From: a virus
DNA length: 64,000 bases
IMG/VR virus record: IMGVR_UViG_3300010158_000028
Coordinates: 32,001 to 96,000 of that record
Strand: one strand, 5' to 3'
Below the pieces are notes generated by a model. The model was not told the origin of the DNA. It did not search any database and was given only the letters and a program-made list of their open reading frames with translations. The position numbers and the translations under genes are program-made. This document shows, one piece after another, positions 57,479 to 64,000 of the stretch (within the stretch, counting starts at the first letter, position 1; each line of letters opens with the position of its first letter).

Positions 57479-57910
57479 TTAATGTAATATTCTTTTCTTA
57501 TTACTTAATACTTCTTTAATGGTTTCAATACTATCTACATACTCTGAGAACTCTTCTTCTGAAACATCTTCTTCATCACCATCTTCGTTTAATGATTGTT
57601 CAATGTGGTCTGACTCTTCAATGATACATTCATTCAAATCAATCACTGCCTTATTATAATAATTAACAAGAGATTCTTTAGGTTGAAATACAGTTAATAC
57701 GTCTTGTGAATAAACTGTAGCCATATTATATTGAATAATCTCTACAGGTAACCAAGGTACCATCATCATAACTGATTTACCAGTAATCTGTCTTTTAAAT
57801 AATACTGTCATAGGATTGTTAAGTGTAACGATACCTTCTTCTTTATCTTCTATCATAGAAGCAATGATATCTTCACCCGATTGCATCCTTATTATTTTTA
57901 TGTTATCCAT
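57479..57910 (-). CDS. Conserved T4-like protein upstream of gp55 (Sm-like fold)
   Basis: IK..R..SGEDI, NPM, PW.P; acidic tail ending ILH. Confidence 0.65.
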   Translation of the reverse strand: MDNIKIIRMQSGEDIIASMIEDKEEGIVTLNNPMTVLFKRQITGKSVMMMVPWLPVEIIQYNMATVYSQDVLTVFQPKESLVNYYNKAVIDLNECIIEESDHIEQSLNEDGDEEDVSEEEFSEYVDSIETIKEVLSNKKRILH

Positions 57911-57940
57911 GTCAAAAATACCCTTTTAGGTAAAAAAAAT

Positions 57941-57948
57941 TATAAATA
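57941..57948 (+). promoter_or_regulatory. T4 late promoter for the GIY-YIG endonuclease
   Basis: Exact TATAAATA. Confidence 0.75.
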
Positions 57949-58006
57949 AGTGTAGATCGCCGAGTTGCAGCTCGCACCTACTCTAATACGAAAGGACCGT
58001 ATCAGT

Positions 58007-58507
58007 ATGACTATTTATTCTTCTAAAAACAGACCTAATCATTTTTATGTATATGCTTATCTAAGAGATAATAATTTACCTTATTATATAGGTAAAGGTT
58101 GCAGAGATAGAGCATGGAACAAAAATCATTCAATAAACATACCTAATGATAACACAAAAATAATAATAATGCAAGCTAATTTAACGGAAATTGGAGCATT
58201 TGCCATAGAAAGAAGAATGATTCAATGGTATGGAAGAATTGATAATGGTACAGGTATACTTAGAAATTTAACTGATGGTGGTGATGGAACATCCGGTTAT
58301 AAACAATCAGAAATACACATACAAAAACGAAAAAAAGCTAGACTTTTAAGTGGATATAATCATACACCAGAATCTAAAAATAAATTATCAATTAATAAAA
58401 CAGGTAAACTTAGACCAGATCATAGTCAAAAAATGAAACAGTATTGGGATAAAAAAACAAAAGAAGAAAAATTACAACATTCCAAAAAAACTTTTAATAA
58501 AAATTAA
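58007..58507 (+). mobile_element. Free-standing GIY-YIG homing endonuclease with NUMOD3 repeats
   Basis: FYVY.Y....PYYIGKG..R, A..E..I..YGR, L.N.TDGG.G, HTPESK.K.S; ATG at 58007 follows SD AAGGA. Confidence 0.85.
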
Positions 58508-59199
58508 ATTTTTAATTCTATATTATAAAACTTATAATTAAATTTTTCATCGTCATACATCTTTACTCTGCCAACGAAGTGTGTCAAGGTATAATTAACA
58601 TGTTTGCCTATTCTAAAATCATCAGAGATATCATAAAGAACCGCTTCTTCTTTATTATCACCTAATCTAAGTCCACGACCAATTGATTGTAGATTACGAA
58701 TTTTTGATTTAGATGGTGATGCAAATATTACATTATGTAAATTACGTATATTAATACCAGTTGAGAATGTACCGTATGAAGCAACAATAATGGCATCTGT
58801 TTCACGTTCAGTTATATCTCTAATAGATTCTCTAACTTCGGTATCAGTACCACCATATACAAAAAATACTTTACGTTTACCTGCTTCTTCTTTTATAATA
58901 TTATGTAGAACTTTACCATGTTTATCTACAAATTGAAATAGTATTAATGAATTACCTTTCAACGACAAGGCAAGATTCTTTATAAATGCATTTCTTGCTG
59001 TGTTCAATACTATATATTCAATCTCTTCTTTGTAGTCCCACTTCTTAGATAACTTACAAACTTCTTCTGGATATTTAAGTATTAAACATTTAATCTTAAA
59101 TTTAGATAACTGTTTGTTATCCATTAATTCTTTTGTTGTTGTTGCTTTATATACTGGTCCAAATAAACCTTCTAATACTAATCTATGAACATTACTCAT
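58504..59199 (-). CDS. uvsW: UvsW helicase, C-terminal half
   Basis: HRLVLEGLFGP, HGK.L, ASYGTFSTGINI.NL, QSIGRGLR. Confidence 0.92.
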   Translation of the reverse strand: MSNVHRLVLEGLFGPVYKATTTKELMDNKQLSKFKIKCLILKYPEEVCKLSKKWDYKEEIEYIVLNTARNAFIKNLALSLKGNSLILFQFVDKHGKVLHNIIKEEAGKRKVFFVYGGTDTEVRESIRDITERETDAIIVASYGTFSTGINIRNLHNVIFASPSKSKIRNLQSIGRGLRLGDNKEEAVLYDISDDFRIGKHVNYTLTHFVGRVKMYDDEKFNYKFYNIELKI

Positions 59200-59854
59200 T
59201 TTTTTCCATAATATTTTTTAACATTTGTTGTCGTCTTTTTTCTATCAATAATAAAGATTTTTCTTTACCTAAAAGTTCTTCGTATGTTTTGCCTCTTGAC
59301 CAATCACCAATTTTTTTCTTAGATTCTTCTGTGTGTGGATATCTGCCACTATATGTTAATTGTTCAAAGGATATTTTTCCATCAATAAAAGAATACAACC
59401 TTCTTTTTGTTGTTTGTAATTTTTCCCAAGCTTCTTTTCTACTTTTATACTTTATTCCATTTATTTCTATTTCTTTAGCATTTGGATTATTTTCTGACAT
59501 TCTTTTCATTTCTTTATCAGAAAGAGTTTTACCTTTATGATGTAAACTTGCTGATAAAGAGTGTGCTTTTCTAGCTATTTCATAACCAATTGAAGTGTAG
59601 TACCTATTAGTAGAATCATGGTATCTCATCATGCCAAAAGCATGACCCATTTTAATTTTATCTTTTCCTTTTGAAAATTTCCATAATAACCAATGACACA
59701 CAAAGTGTTCTCTTGCTGTCAATTTTACTTTATTTTTTTTACCATTGTCACCACCTAAAGATTTAGGTATTATATGGTGCTCCTCAAAATACTCGGTCAA
59801 TGTCCGAGTATTAGCTTTTTCTATTATAGAGTAATATATTTTTTGATAGTCCAT
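59192..59854 (-). mobile_element. HNH (MobE-like) homing endonuclease inserted in uvsW
   Basis: MDY.KIY..II, E.HHIIPKS.GG....N.V.LTAREHF..H.LL; NUMOD-type tail. Confidence 0.9.
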
Positions 59855-59889
59855 ATTTCTATTTATGCGTTTTAGTTCCTTCTAATAGG

Positions 59890-60660
59890 TTAATTAGATA
59901 ATGTTCCGGTGCAACCTATTCTATATTTTGCATTAACCAATTGTGTCATGATTGTGGCGAGTGATTTGGCTTTAAATTGGTGTGCCTCATCACCTATAAC
60001 AAAATCAAATTGATTGAAGTATTCAGGTGGATTTTTGTAGATAGATTGCCATGTTGTGATGGTCAAAAACTTATCTGTGACCTTATCTTTACCTGCATAC
60101 TGTTTATGACAAAACTCTTCTGAGTTATATCCATAAGATTGAAAGTCGGTATACATCTGTTCAACGAGTGAAGTTGTTGGTACAACCAATAAACCTTTTC
60201 TTTGTGTTTGCTGAATATATCTCAACATCAAATAAATGATTAAAGATTTACCTGATGCAGTAGGTGAAAGAAGTAGAATTCTTTTATTACGGATTGCATG
60301 AACAAAAGAGTTAACTTGATAGTCACGAGGTTCAAATGGCAAACCAAGTGTCTGTATAAAGTCATTGGCTTCTTTTAGGGAGTAATTGTCTGTGACTGTT
60401 ATCTCAGAATCAATCTCAATTTTGTAATCTCTTTCTTTACAAAACTTTTCAATATAAGGTACCAAGCCATGGTATATTTCCATGGTTCTTAAATTTAGGA
60501 GCCTCACCTTCCCATCCCAAACTCTCGCTTTAAATTTGGGTGTGTATTGATAACCTGGAACATAAAATTCAAAATATTGAGAAAGTTCTTGTGCTACATT
60601 TCTTTCTGATACTACTCTGATAAAGGCTTCGTTGACCTTTTCTAATCTTAAATCATACAC
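59890..60660 (-). CDS. uvsW: UvsW helicase, N-terminal half
   Basis: WDGK.RL, PRDYQ, PTASGKS, VPT.SLV.Q, TWQS, DEAH; ends just after motif III (TGT). Confidence 0.92.
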   Translation of the reverse strand: MYDLRLEKVNEAFIRVVSERNVAQELSQYFEFYVPGYQYTPKFKARVWDGKVRLLNLRTMEIYHGLVPYIEKFCKERDYKIEIDSEITVTDNYSLKEANDFIQTLGLPFEPRDYQVNSFVHAIRNKRILLLSPTASGKSLIIYLMLRYIQQTQRKGLLVVPTTSLVEQMYTDFQSYGYNSEEFCHKQYAGKDKVTDKFLTITTWQSIYKNPPEYFNQFDFVIGDEAHQFKAKSLATIMTQLVNAKYRIGCTGTLSN

Positions 60661-61087
60661 CCTGTATAAACCTTTCCCATGTTATAAAGTCCCTCAGTTG
60701 AAATGTCCTACTATTTAGTTCTTTCATAATACTCTGACACACTTCAACAATTTCATCATGCATAACTTTAATTGCAACATACTTGTTTAGGTCATCATCA
60801 CTTTCAAGATATGATGCCACTTCAGATTTAAGAACAAAAGGAAATGGTTCCCAACCATACTTCTTAAGTTGGTCATCATCTAGTTTACCAGTATAGTATT
60901 CCCACTTTACTCTACGCATTTTGTTATACTTAAACTCTGCTTCTTTAGACAACAACCTATGTCTTGAAAGCATATTCAAGTATTTGCTATGTAATTGTGG
61001 TATATTAATTAATTCTCTGCCAGGTTCTGTTCTATCAATCACAGAATCTTTGCGCCACATTTCTAATAATTCATCAAGTTTATTCAT
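60653..61087 (-). CDS. uvsY: Recombination mediator UvsY
   Basis: W..D..ID, IP.LHSKY, YY.GK, YL..D, I.W..F..G. Confidence 0.9.
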   Translation of the reverse strand: MNKLDELLEMWRKDSVIDRTEPGRELINIPQLHSKYLNMLSRHRLLSKEAEFKYNKMRRVKWEYYTGKLDDDQLKKYGWEPFPFVLKSEVASYLESDDDLNKYVAIKVMHDEIVEVCQSIMKELNSRTFQLRDFITWERFIQGV

Positions 61088-61106
61088 AAAAAATCTCCTT
61101 AAAAGG

Positions 61107-61135
61107 AGTATACACTAGTTAAAACAGTTTGTCAA
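61107..61135 (-). promoter_or_regulatory. Sigma70-type uvsY promoter
   Basis: TTGACA-17-TATACT. Confidence 0.75.
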
Positions 61136-61652
61136 CATTATAATAGGAAAATCTGAAGGTACAATCGGCAGTAATAGGATTCTCGGGACTATCTGTAGAA
61201 GTTACAAAGAAGGTAGATAAAGAAGTTGGAAAACAATCATAGAATTTAAATCTAAAATATGGTATATTTGCAGATGAATATAATGTTAATACTGCATCTG
61301 AGTATTGTGGTGTTGCCGTATTGGAAATATTAGGACTTAAATTTCTGAGATTAACATACTCTGCAAAATCTGTAGGAAATGTCATACCTCTAATCCAGTC
61401 ATGTATTTCTAACCATGTTTTTAATTCTTCATCAATATAGAATGTAACATTTAACATATCATATATTGCTTTTTCACCTGGTGAATATAAATCAACAAAT
61501 GGATTTTGTCTAGGTACTTCAGACATTGATATACCAGGTAAACTTACGCCTTGGCAAAAGTATTCCATATTAGGAACACGTCCAAAAGACATAGTAAACT
61601 TATTTGGATGTAATAAATTTGTATTTGATGGTGATCTAGTGAGTGCTGTCAT
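61119..61652 (-). CDS. 3: Tail tube terminator/completion protein (gp3)
   Basis: N.L.P..F, PG..., Y..L...F..DE, SDA.L, F.D.FP.SL; position after gene 23. Confidence 0.8.
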   Translation of the reverse strand: MTALTRSPSNTNLLHPNKFTMSFGRVPNMEYFCQGVSLPGISMSEVPRQNPFVDLYSPGEKAIYDMLNVTFYIDEELKTWLEIHDWIRGMTFPTDFAEYVNLRNLSPNISNTATPQYSDAVLTLYSSANIPYFRFKFYDCFPTSLSTFFVTSTDSPENPITADCTFRFSYYNVDKLF

Positions 61653-61657
61653 ATGTG

Positions 61658-61665
61658 TATTTATA
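61658..61665 (-). promoter_or_regulatory. T4 late promoter
   Basis: TATAAATA 5 nt before the gp3 ATG. Confidence 0.8.
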
Positions 61666-61668
61666 AAG

Positions 61669-61700
61669 AAAAAAAAGAGGACTTCTTTTGAAAGTCCTCT
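61669..61700 (-). terminator. Rho-independent terminator after gene 23
   Basis: AGAGGACTT/AAGTCCTCT stem plus T tract. Confidence 0.85.
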
Positions 61701-61748
61701 TTGGAGATGGTACCCGTATTATTTTTGTTATTATTGGGTACCGTTTTA

Positions 61749-63083
61749 TTACATAATGTTTACGACTTTGAAACCACGATAGTAAACATTGCTTGTTACA
61801 TTGATAGCGCCGAGGTCTTGTGTTGTACCATTTGCGAATGGGTTTGCAACAATACCGTAACGAGTCTTGAAACCAATCTTTGGTTGGAAAGTATTGGTGT
61901 CAACAGCACGAACCATTTGGAGAGGAACGTATGGGCAGTAGAACAAACCTGCGTCATAAGCGTTACTACCTTTATAACCAACAACAGCAAACTCTGCAGT
62001 TGAAGAAGCGATAAAGTATGGATCAATGTAAACTTTCAAACGACCAAACATTGTACCAGCAAATGTGTTACCAGTGTCATCAACTGTTAGGTTAACTTGA
62101 CCTTGTAAAGCAGAATTGTAATCTAACAATCCAGCCATTGCAAATGCAGAAGCAACGTCTGAAGAACAAATTACAACATTACCTTTACCACGACGGGTTT
62201 GTTTAGCAATTGTATTTGCTTCACGTTCGATTTGGAATGCCAAACCTTTGATCTTTTCAACCATCCAACGACCATTAGAATCTGTGTCAAGGTCAAATGT
62301 ACCAGCACTTGTTGTACCAAGTTGAGCACCAACTTTAGCAGAGTAGTAAATTGTGCGGAGAACTTCACGATTGATCTCAGCAAGAATTTCTGCAGAAAGA
62401 ATGTTTGCTAATTCTGTTTCAGCGTCAAGACCGTGAACTGCTTTCAAGTCTTGTGCTAATTCCATTGAGTATTCAGCTTTCAATGCACGTGTCTTAGCAG
62501 ATACAGTTACTTTCTCGATTGTGAAACCCATTTCAGCAGGTGTCAAATCTTCAGCAACAGCAGTAGCCATTGCATAACCTGGAGTAGCGTTAGCAGTAAA
62601 CGTGTTACTGTTGTAAGCTGCATTGTATGTAACATTCAATGCTTGTTGTGCGCCTGTTGAAGCACCACCAAACATGGTATTGGCTTCATTGTAGAATGCT
62701 TCGATGCCTGAAGAAGCAACATTGCGGTTTGTACCGTATGTTGAACGCATTGCGAAGATCAAGCCAGTAGGACCAGTCATTGGTTGAACGCCACAGATAT
62801 CGTAAGCGATCAAGTTAGGCAATGAACGGCGTACCAAACTGATAAGGATTGGATCAAAACCAGCAACAGGACCTGCAGGTGATGCACCGCCACCAAAACC
62901 ACCTGTACCAGAAGCATTGGTGATTGTTTCATTCATGATGCCAGCTTCTTTGAGCATGGCTTGTTGTTGATTCTCAAGAACTAACGCTGTAACTGCTCTG
63001 CGATATGAATCCTTGATTGGGGCTAATTCTTGATGCTCAAGAACTGGTGCCCATTTTTTTTGTAGGTCTTCCGATAGATACAT
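61749..63083 (-). CDS. 23: Major capsid protein (gp23)
   Basis: KW.P.L, GVQPMTGPTGLIFAMR, RALKAEYS.ELAQDLKAVHGLDAE, CPYVPL, FQPKIGFKTRYG. Confidence 0.98.
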   Translation of the reverse strand: MYLSEDLQKKWAPVLEHQELAPIKDSYRRAVTALVLENQQQAMLKEAGIMNETITNASGTGGFGGGASPAGPVAGFDPILISLVRRSLPNLIAYDICGVQPMTGPTGLIFAMRSTYGTNRNVASSGIEAFYNEANTMFGGASTGAQQALNVTYNAAYNSNTFTANATPGYAMATAVAEDLTPAEMGFTIEKVTVSAKTRALKAEYSMELAQDLKAVHGLDAETELANILSAEILAEINREVLRTIYYSAKVGAQLGTTSAGTFDLDTDSNGRWMVEKIKGLAFQIEREANTIAKQTRRGKGNVVICSSDVASAFAMAGLLDYNSALQGQVNLTVDDTGNTFAGTMFGRLKVYIDPYFIASSTAEFAVVGYKGSNAYDAGLFYCPYVPLQMVRAVDTNTFQPKIGFKTRYGIVANPFANGTTQDLGAINVTSNVYYRGFKVVNIM

Positions 63084-63107
63084 TTAAATCTCCTTTGTTG
63101 TTATAAA

Positions 63108-64000
63108 TTATTTCTTACTTTTTGAAATTGCTTGCATGACGGAATTAACATAAGGATCTAATGATGCCTGGTGTTTTTCTGAACCGTCCTCTACTTGTTC
63201 ATGTAGTTGGTCAGCATCAGCTTTTTTAACATTGCCTGATGGGAAGTAGTTTTCACGGATAGTTTCAAGTTTGTTTTTGTATTCGTCCTCTGTGGAGAAT
63301 TCAACACCCTCTGCGAGTGATTTGATTTTTTCAACTTGAGTAGCGATCAACCCTTCGGTAACTGCATGGGTAATTTCTTGTTTACGTGATTCAACCAATG
63401 ACTTCTTGATTTCAATACCACGTTCGATTTCTTCGTTAAGTTGGCCTTCAAGTTCTTCAACTTTAGATGCTAACTCTTCTACCAAATCAACTTTGTCTGT
63501 AGGAACATCAATGTAATGTTCTACGAATAGATTTTTAAGACCAGCAATAAAATCTTCTGTTAATTCAGCACGTAGACCTTTTTCGATTGCGATTTCATTG
63601 TCGGCAATCCATTGTTCTACAACATATGACAGGTAATCATTTACTTTTTCTGTCAAATCTTCTTTAACTGATTCTACTGCTTCTTCTAACATAGAAGCAT
63701 AACGTGCTTCTGTTTCTTCTTCTAATTGTGAAATACGGTCTTGAACTCGTGCTTCAAAAATGGTTGAAACTTTTGATCTGAATTCTTCTGAAATTGCTGA
63801 GTCAGCAAACATTGCATCAATATCACTTGATACATCTAACAATTCGATTTCTACTTCCGTTTCTTCCATTTTAGAGGAAGCATCTGATGGTTTTGTTGTT
63901 GGTGCAGTTGCAGACTTTGATGATGGTGTAATCTTGTGTGAATCATCATCTGGTTTTGCATTTTGTGGTGTTGGACCACCTGCATCATGGATTTCTACGC
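63108..64000 (-). CDS. 22: Prohead core scaffold (gp22), 5' end beyond the window
   Basis: Frame stays open upstream of 63869 (GGPTPQNAKPDDDS); IFEA, YL.YVV..W, F.EHYIDVP, IRENYF. Confidence 0.9.
   Translation of the reverse strand, partial: VEIHDAGGPTPQNAKPDDDSHKITPSSKSATAPTTKPSDASSKMEETEVEIELLDVSSDIDAMFADSAISEEFRSKVSTIFEARVQDRISQLEEETEARYASMLEEAVESVKEDLTEKVNDYLSYVVEQWIADNEIAIEKGLRAELTEDFIAGLKNLFVEHYIDVPTDKVDLVEELASKVEELEGQLNEEIERGIEIKKSLVESRKQEITHAVTEGLIATQVEKIKSLAEGVEFSTEDEYKNKLETIRENYFPSGNVKKADADQLHEQVEDGSEKHQASLDPYVNSVMQAISKSKK

Noticed and set aside
57965-58006. TTG start for the GIY-YIG gene
   Set aside because: Lies inside a leader hairpin; the ATG at 58007 has an SD
59191-59895. 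Ribosomal bypass between matching AAT codons (LSN* to MSN)
   Set aside because: The gap is about 700 nt versus 50 nt in T4 gene 60, and the C-half has its own coupled start
59192-59898. Group I intron or intein explaining the uvsW interruption
   Set aside because: Only 35 nt of non-coding sequence upstream and none downstream, too little for an intron core; stops and frame changes exclude an intein
1-64000. tRNA, CRISPR array, DGR or alternative genetic code
   Set aside because: No cloverleaf, spaced repeats or reverse transcriptase seen; core genes are intact in the standard code and use all three stops. tRNAscan was not run

Overview
AT-rich 64 kb segment of a large T4-like myovirus (T4 superfamily, cyanophage-like gene order). 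Paired Bug/TctC proteins and a phasin-like ORF suggest a betaproteobacterial host, by inference. Nearly all genes are on the minus strand. Right to left: gp22 (partial), gp23, gp3, uvsY, a uvsW split by an HNH endonuclease, a plus-strand GIY-YIG endonuclease, gp55, a TagD-like cytidylyltransferase, gp47/46, peptide deformylase, a GREB1/TAGT glycosyltransferase with a methyltransferase, a CobT/CobS-like VWA/AAA pair, gp45/44/62, regA, hsp20, gp43, uvsX, gp40, gp41 and a DUF4338-like gene. Next comes a late-promoter block with an 8-gene sugar-modification cassette and several proteins carrying T4-internal-protein-like N-termini. After that are an extended lysis cassette (GH19 endolysin, holins, embedded spanins), primase, thyX, nrdA/B, a denA-like gene and phoH. 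The left end holds a module of an adhesin-like protein, two chaperone-like proteins, two Bug/TctC binding proteins, three PP-loop (Asn-synthase-like) paralogs and a 2OG-Fe(II) oxygenase. Several cis-regulatory RNA structures are visible: an H-type pseudoknot, a ROSE-like thermometer, SD-occluding hairpins and an (AAN)6 loop. I saw no tRNA, rRNA or CRISPR array. All family calls come from motif recognition by eye, not from database searches.
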